A stretch of 36,643 bases of DNA from a virus (lineage: Duplodnaviria > Caudoviricetes): IMG/VR virus record IMGVR_UViG_3300010005_000034, positions 1-36,643 of that record; one strand, given 5' to 3'. A model generated the notes under the pieces. It had not been told where the DNA came from, made no database searches, and saw only the letters and a list, made by a program, of their open reading frames with translations. Positions 15,083 to 24,064 of the stretch are shown here, one piece after another. Both the position numbers and the translations under genes were made by a program. How positions within the stretch are numbered: the first letter of the stretch is position 1; each line of letters starts with the position of its first letter.

Positions 15083-16860
15083 GCGATCGCGATCGCGACA
15101 ACCCCTCGCTATTGAAGCGCGTCGCCGGCATCGTCGGCACCGCCGCCGCTGGGGTCGCGCTTGCTGCCCAGGCGGTGACGGTTTCGCCCATCCTTCCGCG
15201 CAATCCGGCCGAGCTGCCGATCGAGCTGCCGCGCGGCGCCGATATCCCGGCCGACCATGATCCGCTCGCCGCTGGCATCCTCATGGCGCACCAGAAGGCG
15301 TGGCTTGAGGACGACTCCCCGCTGAAAGGGGCGGAAAAGGGCCGGCGCACCGGGATCACCTATGCCGAGGCGCTGGACGATACGCTGATCGCTTCATCGT
15401 CGCGATCGGCCGGCGGCGACAACGTCTTCTATATCGGCGACACCAAGGACAAGGGCCGCGAGTTCATCGGCTATGTCGCCCACTTCGCAAAAGTGGTCGC
15501 CGGCCAGCTCGGCCAGATCGAGGAGTTCCTGTTCGAGGATCAACTCGAAGACGGGTCCTCGCGCCAGATCTCCGCCTACCGCGTCCGCTTCGCATCGGGC
15601 TTCCGCGTCGAGGCGCTGTCTTCCCGCCCGGAGAATATTCGCGGCCTCCAGGGTGTCGTCGTCATCGACGAGGCGGCATTCCATAAGAATGTCCGCGCCG
15701 TTCTGGACGCGGTCAACGCGCTCCTGATCTGGGGCGGCCGTATCCGCGTGATCTCCACGCACAATGGCAAGCTCAATCCCTTCAACGAGCTGATCAACGA
15801 GGCGAAGGCCGGCAAGGTCCCCTTCAGCCTGCACTTCATCCCGTTCCAGGCCGCGGTCGATAACGGCCTGTTCAAGCGCGTCTGCCTGCTGCGCGGCATG
15901 GAATATTCGGCCGAAGCCGAGCGGGAATGGGAAGCGAAGATCCGCGGCGCCTATGGCCTGCGCACGGCGCAGATGCGCCAGGAACTCGACGCGATCCCGG
16001 CCGACGCCGAGGGCACGGCGCTCAGCCAGGTCGTGATCGAATCGGTCACGTCGCGGGATATTCCTGTCATCCGGTGGACGCTCGGCAGCGACTTTGCCGA
16101 ACTGACGCCCGACGCGCGCAAGCGAATCACCGACACCTTCCTCAAGGAGAAGGTCTGGCCCGTTCTCGACGGGCTTAGCAAGAACCTGCGCCATGATCTC
16201 GGCTGGGACTTCGCCAGATCGGGCGACGCCTCGGGACCGGTGGTGACCGCGACGGGCGATGATCTGGTCCGTCGGCAGAAGCTCGTCCTTGAGCTGCGCA
16301 ACGTTCCGTTCGAAACGCAGCGCGAGGTGGCCTTCTTCATCATGGCGCGCCTCCCGAGGTTCGGGCACGCCGCCTTCGATGCGACCGGCAATGGTGCCTA
16401 TCTCGCGGAGGTCTGTGCCATCGGCTATTCGACCGGCACCGGGTTCCGCGCCGGCTTTGGCCAGCGCGTCAGCCAGGTGAAGCTCAGCCAGGAATGGTAT
16501 CGGCAGAATGCCGTTCCCTATGTGAACGCGTTCGGCGAGAAGACGGTCCTGATCGCGGCCGATCCGGACATCGTGCTCGATCACCAGGCGCTCCAGTATG
16601 TCGGCGGCATCATTAAGGTGCCGGACGATTTCCGGTTCAAGGGCGCCGATGGTCTCGATCGGCACGGCGACACGGCGATCGGCGGGATGCTCGCATGGTT
16701 CGCCTCGCGCCAGAACGCGGTGGCCTATGGCTATGAGCCGGTGCCCGCGAACGGCCAGATTTCCACGTCGCCCTTTGCCGATCCGAACCGCCCATCGGTC
16801 GGGAGCGAATGGTGGCGATCGCCGCTCGGCGCGAAGATCCGTGGGGGTGGCCTGATATGA
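15079..16860 (+). CDS. terminase large subunit (Mu gp28-like)
   Basis: EKGRRTGIT, VVIDEAAF, ISTHNG, GWDFARSGD, FDATGNG and HGDTA motifs. Confidence 0.93.
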   Translation: MSDRDRDNPSLLKRVAGIVGTAAAGVALAAQAVTVSPILPRNPAELPIELPRGADIPADHDPLAAGILMAHQKAWLEDDSPLKGAEKGRRTGITYAEALDDTLIASSSRSAGGDNVFYIGDTKDKGREFIGYVAHFAKVVAGQLGQIEEFLFEDQLEDGSSRQISAYRVRFASGFRVEALSSRPENIRGLQGVVVIDEAAFHKNVRAVLDAVNALLIWGGRIRVISTHNGKLNPFNELINEAKAGKVPFSLHFIPFQAAVDNGLFKRVCLLRGMEYSAEAEREWEAKIRGAYGLRTAQMRQELDAIPADAEGTALSQVVIESVTSRDIPVIRWTLGSDFAELTPDARKRITDTFLKEKVWPVLDGLSKNLRHDLGWDFARSGDASGPVVTATGDDLVRRQKLVLELRNVPFETQREVAFFIMARLPRFGHAAFDATGNGAYLAEVCAIGYSTGTGFRAGFGQRVSQVKLSQEWYRQNAVPYVNAFGEKTVLIAADPDIVLDHQALQYVGGIIKVPDDFRFKGADGLDRHGDTAIGGMLAWFASRQNAVAYGYEPVPANGQISTSPFADPNRPSVGSEWWRSPLGAKIRGGGLI

Positions 16861-17018
16861 TCAGGAGGCCCCCAGATCCGGCACCCGGAAAATCCGGCGC
16901 AGGAAGCCCGTGGAGCGATTTCGTGGGTCATCGGGCGGCTCGGCCGCCCATCGTGCCTCTTAGTGGCCTCTCAGGCCTCTTAATCGCCCATTCGATCGGG
17001 AAGGGACCGACCACATGA
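16857..17018 (+). CDS. possible 53-aa bridging ORF between terminase and portal
   Basis: ATGA overlaps at both ends, but the product is low-complexity and Pro/Gly-rich. Confidence 0.35.
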   Translation: MIRRPPDPAPGKSGAGSPWSDFVGHRAARPPIVPLSGLSGLLIAHSIGKGPTT

Positions 17019-18568
17019 CGGGGTTGCTGGATCATCGGGGCAATCCGATCCGCAAGGACATGCTGACGCGGGAAGTCGCGGCGCCGGCACTGGCGAGCGT
17101 CCGCTCGCCCATCTCGGGCTATCCGGGTGACGGCCTCGACCCGATGCGGCTGGCCCAGCTGATGCGCGGCGCCGACCACGGCGATCCGCTGCGCTATTTC
17201 GAGCTCGCCGAGCAGATCGAGGAGCGCGATCTGCATTATGTCGGCGTGCTCGGCACCCGCAAGCGATCGGTCTCGCAGATCGACGTAACGGTCGAGGCCG
17301 CCAGCGATGCGCCCGAAGATGTGGCGATGGCGGACATGGTCCGCGAGTGGATCGCGCGCGACGAGCTGGCGGACGAGATGTTCGATATCCTCGACGCGAT
17401 CGGCAAGGGCATCTCCTGCACCGAGATCATCTGGGACACCAGCGAGGGCCAATGGTGGCCCCGGCGCCTGGACCGCGTCGATCAGCGCTATCTCACCTTC
17501 GACCGGCGCGATCTGACCACGCCGCTGCTGCGCGGCGGCGCCAGCGGCAACGGCCCCGACGAGCCGCTGGAAGCGTTCAAGTTCATCGACTGCCGGATCA
17601 AGGCCAAGTCGGGAATTCCCGTGCGATCCGGCATCGCGCGGCTCCAGGCGTGGAACTGGATGTTCAAGGCCTTCACCCTGCGTGATTGGGCGATCTTCGC
17701 GCAGACCTATGGCCAGCCCGTGCGCGTCGGCAAATATCATCCCGGCGCTGCCGAAGTGGACAAGGCGACACTGTTCCGTGCCGTCGCCAATATCGCGGGC
17801 GACTGCGCTGCCATCATTCCCGAGGGGATGATGATCGAGTTCATCGAATCGGGGAACGTCGGCCAGGGCTCGGACCTGTACGAGCGGCGCGCCGATTGGC
17901 TCGATCGGCAAACGTCCAAGGCGGTGCTGGGGCAGACCACCACCACCGATGCGGTGTCGGGCGGCCATGCCGTCGCCCAGGAGCACCGCCTGGTCCAGGA
18001 GGATATCGAGACGGCCGATTGCAAGTCGGTCGCCTCGACGCTCAATCGCGACCTGATCCGCCCCTGGGTGATCCTGGAACGCGGGCCGCAGAAGCGATAC
18101 CCGCGCTTGCGCATCGCACGGCCCAAGCGCGAGGATCTCTCGGGGCTCTCGACGATGCTCAAGGACCTGGTGCCGCTCGGCCTGGAAGTCGAGCAGAGCC
18201 AGATCCGCGACAAGTTCGGCCTGACCGAGGCGGCGCCGGGTGCCAAGCTGCTGCGCGCGCCGATCGCCGTGTCCAATGTCACGGCGGGCCGGCTCGCCAT
18301 GCAGTCGCGCCAGGCGCGCGCGCCGGCGCCGTTCCCGGCCGACGCGATCGGCGACAGGCTGACCGAGGAGACCAGCGGCGATATCGCCGCGATGATCGCG
18401 CAGATCGAGACAATGGTGGCGACGGCCGGCGACCTGGACGAACTGCGGACGATGCTGCTCGCAGCCTATCCGGATCTCGATACGTCGAAGCTGACGGCCG
18501 CGATCGCGCTCGGCCTGACCAGCGCCGCCGCTGCCGGCATGTCCGACGTGGAGGATGAGAGTGCCTGA
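17015..18568 (+). CDS. portal protein (Mu gp29, DUF935)
   Basis: EERDLHYVGVLGTRK, DWAIFAQTYGQPVRVGKY and SKAVLGQTTTT. Confidence 0.95.
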   Translation: MTGLLDHRGNPIRKDMLTREVAAPALASVRSPISGYPGDGLDPMRLAQLMRGADHGDPLRYFELAEQIEERDLHYVGVLGTRKRSVSQIDVTVEAASDAPEDVAMADMVREWIARDELADEMFDILDAIGKGISCTEIIWDTSEGQWWPRRLDRVDQRYLTFDRRDLTTPLLRGGASGNGPDEPLEAFKFIDCRIKAKSGIPVRSGIARLQAWNWMFKAFTLRDWAIFAQTYGQPVRVGKYHPGAAEVDKATLFRAVANIAGDCAAIIPEGMMIEFIESGNVGQGSDLYERRADWLDRQTSKAVLGQTTTTDAVSGGHAVAQEHRLVQEDIETADCKSVASTLNRDLIRPWVILERGPQKRYPRLRIARPKREDLSGLSTMLKDLVPLGLEVEQSQIRDKFGLTEAAPGAKLLRAPIAVSNVTAGRLAMQSRQARAPAPFPADAIGDRLTEETSGDIAAMIAQIETMVATAGDLDELRTMLLAAYPDLDTSKLTAAIALGLTSAAAAGMSDVEDESA

Positions 18569-19817
18569 GAGCCATCCGAGCAGCCTCTCAGGGGCCTTTC
18601 GGAAGCCGTTCCCGCACCAGGTCGCATTCTTCCGCCGCAAGCTCGGCCGGCTAGTCCCGACCAGGCGGTGGACGGATCTCGACCAGGCCGAGCACGACAA
18701 CGCATTCATGGTCGCGGGCGCGATGAAGGCGGATCTCCTCACGGATCTCGGTGCCGCCGTCGATCGCACGATCGCCGAAGGCAAGAGCCTGGACGCGTTC
18801 CGCAAGGACTTCCGCGATATCGTCGCGCGGAACGGTTGGCATGGCTGGACCGGCGAGGACACGGCGGCCGGCCGGGCATGGCGGACGCGCACGATCTATC
18901 GGACCAACGCGGCGACCAGCTACGCGGCCGGCCGCCATGCCCAGCTGACCGAGGGCAATTTCGCCTATTGGGTCTATCGCCATGGCAATTCGAAGGAGCC
19001 GCGCGTCCAGCACCTGGCCTGGGACGGCCTGGTGCTCGATCCCGCGCACCCGTTCTGGGCCACCCATTATCCACCCTCGGGCTGGGGTTGCACCTGCTAT
19101 GTCGTCGGCGCGCGCAGCGAACGCGGCGCGGAGCGCTTGGGCGGCGATCTGGCCAAGAAGCTGCCGGCCGGCTGGAACATCATCCTACCCGGCACGGGCG
19201 CGCCGGCCGGGATCGGCAAGGGTTGGGGCTATGCGCCCGGCGCCAGCGTCTCGCCGACGATCGCGGCAATGGCCGAGAAGATCCGCAGCTGGGATTACCG
19301 CATCGCCAAGGCGTTCATGGACGAGCTGCCCGAGGCGCAGCGTGACGCGCTGGCCCGCGCGTATCGCGATCTCCCGTCCGTTGCCGATGATGCGCGCCGC
19401 TATGCCCAGCGGATCTGGGATGATCGCCCAGCCGGCGACCCCGGCCGCACGCTCGGCCTGGTCACCGGCGACCAGGTCGCCGCGATCGGCGCCGCGCGCG
19501 AGCTCGATGCCGCGGGCTTCGACTTCTCGCTCTCGCCGTCCGAGCTGGCCCACATCCTCGCGTCGCACGGCGATACCGCGACCGAGCGGCGGCGCGGTCA
19601 GCGCGCCGTCACGCCCGAGGATTTCGCGCGCCTGCCCGAGATCCTCGGCGACCAGGCGCCGCGCTTCGTCGGCATCTCGGACGGGCACAAGGTTCCGGTG
19701 TTCGAGATCCGCGCGACGATCGGCGGCGAGGAATATGTGACGCGGTGGGAATATTGGAAGCGGCGCCGGACGCTCACCCTGCTCAACTTCATGGTCCGGA
19801 CGGGAGAGAGAGCCTGA
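18555..19817 (+). CDS. MuF/gp30 minor head protein with C-terminal PBECR-like nuclease domain
   Basis: MuF motifs AFMVAGA, RTIYRTN, PRVQHLAWDG and PPSGWGCTC. The C-terminal AHILASHG..ERRRGQRAVTPEDFARLPEIL resembles PBECR3. Confidence 0.88.
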   Translation: MRVPESHPSSLSGAFRKPFPHQVAFFRRKLGRLVPTRRWTDLDQAEHDNAFMVAGAMKADLLTDLGAAVDRTIAEGKSLDAFRKDFRDIVARNGWHGWTGEDTAAGRAWRTRTIYRTNAATSYAAGRHAQLTEGNFAYWVYRHGNSKEPRVQHLAWDGLVLDPAHPFWATHYPPSGWGCTCYVVGARSERGAERLGGDLAKKLPAGWNIILPGTGAPAGIGKGWGYAPGASVSPTIAAMAEKIRSWDYRIAKAFMDELPEAQRDALARAYRDLPSVADDARRYAQRIWDDRPAGDPGRTLGLVTGDQVAAIGAARELDAAGFDFSLSPSELAHILASHGDTATERRRGQRAVTPEDFARLPEILGDQAPRFVGISDGHKVPVFEIRATIGGEEYVTRWEYWKRRRTLTLLNFMVRTGERA

Positions 19818-19878
19818 CCGCCTCCCCACACGTCCTGGACGTTTCAGGGTATGCGCCTGCGGGTGGATGCGGTCAGGC
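19812..19878 (+). ncRNA. candidate structured RNA (three-way junction) after MuF nuclease
   Basis: GCCTGACCGC pairs perfectly with GCGGTCAGGC and encloses ACGTC-CTG-GACGT and CAGG-GTATGCG-CCTG hairpins. Confidence 0.5.
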
Positions 19879-19893
19879 CGAGGGAAAATAGCG

Positions 19894-20385
19894 ATGTTCC
19901 GCCAGATCTACAACCAACAGCCCATCGTCCAGGCGCTCCAGGGCGCGCAGGGCCAGCTCACGGCGATGGAGCCGATCTATCAGGATATCGGCGAATACAT
20001 GGTGCCGGCGACGAAGGACCGGTTCCGCTCCGGCATCGGTCCGGACGGCATCGCCTGGGCGCCGAAGAAGCCGGCGACGATTGAGCGCTATCGCCGTGCC
20101 GGCGACGGCAACCTGTTCAAGCCGCTGATCGGACCGTCGAAGCGACTGGGCAACGAGATCCACTATGCTGTTTCCAGCATCGGCTTGGAGCTGGGCTCCA
20201 ACCTCGAATATTCGGGCACGATGCAGGGGGGCGCGGCAAAGGGCCAGTTCGGCGCCGATCGCGCCGGCCGGCCGATCCCCTGGGGTCCGATCCCGGCGCG
20301 TGTCTGGCTCGGCATCTCCGAGACCGACGAGCGCGAGATCCTCGATATCGTCGACGAGCATATCGGCCGCCCATTTGAGGGCTAG
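19894..20385 (+). CDS. virion morphogenesis protein (Mu gpG/gp31-like)
   Basis: RFRSGIGPDGIAWAP..GSNLEYSGTMQGG..IPARVWLGISETD. Confidence 0.9.
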   Translation: MFRQIYNQQPIVQALQGAQGQLTAMEPIYQDIGEYMVPATKDRFRSGIGPDGIAWAPKKPATIERYRRAGDGNLFKPLIGPSKRLGNEIHYAVSSIGLELGSNLEYSGTMQGGAAKGQFGADRAGRPIPWGPIPARVWLGISETDEREILDIVDEHIGRPFEG

Positions 20386-20473
20386 CTGTCGCATAGTCGT
20401 CGTGCCCGACCGTTTGATTTCGGCGGCCGGGGATGGCAACAATCGGCCGCGCGAATCCTGATCCGCGCTTTCC

Positions 20474-20520
20474 TGCCCGCCTAGGCGGGCATGTTTCCCC
20501 AGCACCAGCACGGGCATCAC
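20474..20520 (+). promoter_or_regulatory. putative late promoter (PI-like) with activator dyad
   Basis: TGCCCGCC-TA-GGCGGGCATG, then 21 nt, then CATCAC. Same architecture as at 11597. Confidence 0.7.
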
Positions 20521-20527
20521 GGTCGGC

Positions 20528-21613
20528 ATGACCGGGGTTCGCACCACTGCACTTTGTTCCGCCGTCGCCATTCCGAGTGGCGATGCCGTTCCCGACTGGA
20601 TCGAGCTGCTTCCAGCCGGCGAGATCCAGACGCTCGACGCGCGCGGTCCCTATCACGTCGCCGATGCGCGGGCGCTGATGGCCAATTCGTTCGACGGGCG
20701 CGACAAGCTCGTCCTGGACGAGAACCACGCGACCGATCTCGCCGCGCCCCAGGGCAAGCCGGCGCCGGCCCGTGGCTGGATCGTCGAGCTTCAGGAGCGC
20801 GAGGGCGCGATCTGGGGCCGCGTCGAGTGGACCGGCCAGGGCCGCGAGATGATGGCCGACAAGCAATATAACGGGGTCTCGCCCGCGATCGTGCACCGCA
20901 AGGACAAGTCGATCGTCGCGATCCTGCGCGCCAGCCTCACCAACAACCCGAACCTGATCGGGCTGACCTCCCTCCACCAGCAAGGACTCGAAGACATGGA
21001 TTGGAAGAAAAAGCTGTGCGAGCTCCTGGGGCTCGCCAGCGATGCGGACGACGCGACGATTACCGCCGCGCTCGCCAAGAAGATCGAGGGGGGCGCCGAT
21101 GACGCCGCCGTCGAAACCGCCGTACAGTCGGCACTCGGCCCGATCGCCAAGATCGTCGGCGCGGCCGAAGGTGCCGATGCCGGTGCCGTATTGCTTGCGG
21201 TGCAGAGCGTCGCGACCAAGGGCGATGACCGCGTGGTCGCGCTTCAATCGGAGCTCGCGGTGCTCACCACCAAGTTCAACGACCTGACCGATGCGACCGC
21301 CAAGAAGGATGCCACGGCCTATGTCGATGGCGAGATCCGCAAGGGCCGCGTCGGGCTCAAGCCGGTGCGCGACGACTATATCGCCATGCACATGGCCAAC
21401 CCGGCCCAGGCGGCGAAGCTGATCGAGGCGATGCCGGTGCTCAACTCGGGCTCGTCGATCGACCCGCGCGAGCCGGGCGAAGATCCCGATCTGTCGAACC
21501 CGGTGCTGCTGGCGGCGCGGGCGACGGCCTACCAGGCGAAGCTCGCCAGCGCCGGCACGAAGATCGATATCGGCGCGGCCGTCCGCGCTGTCGAGGAGGG
21601 CAAGGACAAGTGA
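20528..21613 (+). CDS. Mu gpI-like prohead protease/scaffold
   Basis: WIELLPAG, LDENHAT, APARGWI, VEWT and SLTNNPNL. Confidence 0.93.
   Translation: MTGVRTTALCSAVAIPSGDAVPDWIELLPAGEIQTLDARGPYHVADARALMANSFDGRDKLVLDENHATDLAAPQGKPAPARGWIVELQEREGAIWGRVEWTGQGREMMADKQYNGVSPAIVHRKDKSIVAILRASLTNNPNLIGLTSLHQQGLEDMDWKKKLCELLGLASDADDATITAALAKKIEGGADDAAVETAVQSALGPIAKIVGAAEGADAGAVLLAVQSVATKGDDRVVALQSELAVLTTKFNDLTDATAKKDATAYVDGEIRKGRVGLKPVRDDYIAMHMANPAQAAKLIEAMPVLNSGSSIDPREPGEDPDLSNPVLLAARATAYQAKLASAGTKIDIGAAVRAVEEGKDK
20996..21613 (+). CDS. probable in-frame nested scaffold (Mu gpZ-like)
   Basis: Internal ATG (MDWKKKL) preceded by AAGGA, right after the protease domain, as for Mu I/Z. Confidence 0.6.
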   Translation: MDWKKKLCELLGLASDADDATITAALAKKIEGGADDAAVETAVQSALGPIAKIVGAAEGADAGAVLLAVQSVATKGDDRVVALQSELAVLTTKFNDLTDATAKKDATAYVDGEIRKGRVGLKPVRDDYIAMHMANPAQAAKLIEAMPVLNSGSSIDPREPGEDPDLSNPVLLAARATAYQAKLASAGTKIDIGAAVRAVEEGKDK

Positions 21614-21984
21614 TCCAGAAACTCATTCTCTCGCGTGAGCTGTCCGCGCCGATCGGCGCGTATCGCATCGCCAAGTTCTCGGACCCGGCGAACAGCTCGA
21701 AGGTCGCGCCGGCCACGGCCGCGACCGATTCGCTGACCGGCACCACCGGGCAGCTTGGCGGCGATACCGGCGACATGGTCGATCTCGATCTCGCCGGGAT
21801 CGGCCAGGTGCAGCTCGGCGGCACCGTCAGGGCCGGCAAGCCCATCACGGCGGATGCGAATGCCAAGGGCATCGAAGCAACGGTCGATGGTCAGCGCATC
21901 ATCGGCTGGGCCCAGCAGCCCGGCATCGCCGACGACATCATCGACTATCTTTGCGCGCCCGCCGCGCTCAGCGTTGGAGCCTAA
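21610..21984 (+). CDS. capsid decoration/cement protein (DUF2190-like)
   Basis: GIGQVQLGGTVRAGKPITADANAKG; lies between protease and capsid. Confidence 0.75.
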   Translation: MIQKLILSRELSAPIGAYRIAKFSDPANSSKVAPATAATDSLTGTTGQLGGDTGDMVDLDLAGIGQVQLGGTVRAGKPITADANAKGIEATVDGQRIIGWAQQPGIADDIIDYLCAPAALSVGA

Positions 21985-21987
21985 CCC

Positions 21988-22956
21988 ATGCAGCGCCCCT
22001 TTATCGTCAGCGCAACCCTGACCGCGATCGCCATCGGCTATCGCAACCCATCATCCAGCTATATCGCCGATCTGGTCTCGCCCCGCGACAGCGTGGACGA
22101 GACGTTCAAGTGGACCGAGTTCCCGATCTCCGAATCCTTCAAGGTGCCGGACGGCCGTGTCGGCCGGCGCGGCCAGGTGCAGCAGCTGGTGTTCAGCGGC
22201 ACGGAGAAGGAGGCGACGGTCGAGGATTTCGGCTTCGATGCGCCGATTCCGATCTCGGACATCGAGGCGGCACGCAAGCAGCGCGCGGCAAAGCTATCCA
22301 GCTACGACCCCGAGGCCACGGCCGTCATGCGGCTGGGCGACACGCTGATGAACTGCCGCGAGGTTCGCGTTGCCAGCCAGTTCCAGAACGCGGCGAACTT
22401 CGCGGTCGGCCGCAAGACTGTGCTCGCCGGTCAGAGCCAGTTCTCCGACTACGCCAACTCCGATCCGATCGGCGTGATCTCGGCCGGGTTCGACGCGACG
22501 CTGGTTTTCCGCCCGACCGACATGGCCATGGGCCGTGACGTGTGGAGCAAGCTCTCGTCGCATCCCAAGCTGGTCAATGCCGTGAAAGGTGGCAACACCA
22601 ACCAGGGCAAGATCACGCCGGACCAGTTCGTCGAGATCTTCGCGGGCGAGGGCCTGAAGCGGCTGCACATCGGCGATGCCTGGTGCGATGTCGCCAAGCC
22701 CGGCCAGGCGCCGACGCTGCGCCGCGCGTGGGGCAAGCACATCACCATGTTCCACCAGAACCCGCTCGCCAATGTGAAGGGCGACGGTGGCGTCACCTTC
22801 GCGATGACCGCCGACTGTGGCGGCAAGATCGCCGGCCGTATCGAGGATCCGGATATTGGCCTCCAGGGTGGCTATCGCATCCGCAATGGCGAGCGGGTAA
22901 AGGAGCTGCTGCTCGCGCCGGACGTGGGCTATTTCATCCAGAACGCGGTGGCCTGA
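21988..22956 (+). CDS. major capsid protein
   Basis: LTAIAIGYRN..YIADLVSP start and GYFIQNAVA end; size and position fit. Confidence 0.88.
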   Translation: MQRPFIVSATLTAIAIGYRNPSSSYIADLVSPRDSVDETFKWTEFPISESFKVPDGRVGRRGQVQQLVFSGTEKEATVEDFGFDAPIPISDIEAARKQRAAKLSSYDPEATAVMRLGDTLMNCREVRVASQFQNAANFAVGRKTVLAGQSQFSDYANSDPIGVISAGFDATLVFRPTDMAMGRDVWSKLSSHPKLVNAVKGGNTNQGKITPDQFVEIFAGEGLKRLHIGDAWCDVAKPGQAPTLRRAWGKHITMFHQNPLANVKGDGGVTFAMTADCGGKIAGRIEDPDIGLQGGYRIRNGERVKELLLAPDVGYFIQNAVA

Positions 22957-22957
22957 C

Positions 22958-23629
22958 ATGGCACAGCGTTCACGCAACCGGGCGGCGGCATCTGCGCCGT
23001 CGCCCGCCCCCGCGCCGGCACCGGCGCCCACGATCGAATCGTCCACCGCCGAGATTGGCGCGGCGCCCGAGGGCGGGGACACGACTGCGCCATCGCCCGC
23101 GCCATCGCCCGCGCCGGCATCGGAGCCTGCCGTCGAGCCGGCCACGGCGGAGATCGACGCTGCAACCGGGGCCGAGGACGCCATTGCGGCGGCCGTCGTC
23201 TCGGGCGAGCCGATCCAGGAGGATGCCGGCGACGTGCGCTACCGGGTTCTCGGGCGCGCCCATTCGGCGATCCACGACGCGCTGGACGCGCTGGACGAGG
23301 TTGCGCGCAGCGGCGCGTTCGCCGCCGCGACGCCGGCCGAACAGGTCATCGTGGCCACGGCGCAGCGGGGCTTCGACGCGATCCGCAAGGCCATGGCCGA
23401 TACCGAGGAAGCGATCGGCGTTGCGGTATCGACCCTTCGCTATGAGGGCCTGGAGCGTCGCGCGTTCGTCCTGGTCAAGGACGTGCTGCTCGATGGCACT
23501 GCCTATGGTCCCTCCGCCGAGGAGCCCGAGAAGCCGGCGCCGCTGACCGAAGACCAGCACGCCGAGTTGTTAGCGGCCGAGGCGATCGAGACCGCCTGGG
23601 ACGATGGCGACCAGGTCGAGGCGGACTGA
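22958..23629 (+). CDS. acidic Pro/Ala-rich hypothetical protein (gp35 position)
   Basis: APSPAP repeats at the N-terminus and a small C-terminal domain VLLDGTAYGP..LTEDQHAELL. Confidence 0.65.
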   Translation: MAQRSRNRAAASAPSPAPAPAPAPTIESSTAEIGAAPEGGDTTAPSPAPSPAPASEPAVEPATAEIDAATGAEDAIAAAVVSGEPIQEDAGDVRYRVLGRAHSAIHDALDALDEVARSGAFAAATPAEQVIVATAQRGFDAIRKAMADTEEAIGVAVSTLRYEGLERRAFVLVKDVLLDGTAYGPSAEEPEKPAPLTEDQHAELLAAEAIETAWDDGDQVEAD

Positions 23630-23632
23630 CCC

Positions 23633-24064
23633 GTGCCCTACGCCACCCTCGAACAGCTCCGTGCCAAGCTCGGCGAGCAGGTGATGATCCAGCTAACCGA
23701 CCGCGACATCCCGCCGACCGGCGCGATCGTCGTTGCCGTCGTGGATCAGGCCCTCGCGGACACCGACGCGATGATCGATGGCTTTCTCGCCGGGCGGTAT
23801 CGCCTGCCGATCGAGGGTGGCATCCCGGAGCAACTCCCGCCGATCGCGTTGGCGATCGCCGCCTACATGCTCCATCCGTTCACGCCCGACGGCAAGATCA
23901 AGGACGACTATGTCGATGCCCGCGCCGATCTCGTGCGGATCGCGGATGGCAAGATCCGGCTGAACATCGCCGGCATCGAGCCGGTCTCGTCCGGCGCCAC
24001 CGGCGTCCAGGCCACGGACCGCGAACGCCCGCTCACGGCCGAGAGCCTGCGGGGTTTCATCTGA
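23633..24064 (+). CDS. head-tail adaptor (Mu gp36/J, DUF1320)
   Basis: YATLEQL..ALADTDAMIDGFLAGRYRLP..LVRIADGKIRL. Confidence 0.92.
   Translation: MPYATLEQLRAKLGEQVMIQLTDRDIPPTGAIVVAVVDQALADTDAMIDGFLAGRYRLPIEGGIPEQLPPIALAIAAYMLHPFTPDGKIKDDYVDARADLVRIADGKIRLNIAGIEPVSSGATGVQATDRERPLTAESLRGFI

Noticed and set aside
16928-18892. Long antisense ORFs (654 aa here; also 5151-6521, 15394-16665, 20117-21391, 24249-25523, 27017-28321)
   Set aside because: They shadow well-supported plus-strand genes. High-GC codon bias suppresses antisense stops, and the products show no motifs.
19812-19878. tRNA gene or intrinsic terminator interpretation of the post-MuF structure
   Set aside because: It has only two internal arms, no TTCG T-loop or CCA, and no U-tract. 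It is kept as a novel structured-RNA candidate instead.
20386-20473. Possible anti-CRISPR locus or strong gyrase site between gpG and protease, as in D3112-like phages and Mu
   Set aside because: The gap is too short for acr/aca genes and shows only a weak GCGGCCG inverted repeat. A gyrase site cannot be identified from sequence alone.
22990-23120. GCGCCATCGCCC-type tandem repeats
   Set aside because: They encode an APSP/APAP low-complexity linker. There are no spacers, so this is neither CRISPR nor a regulatory array.
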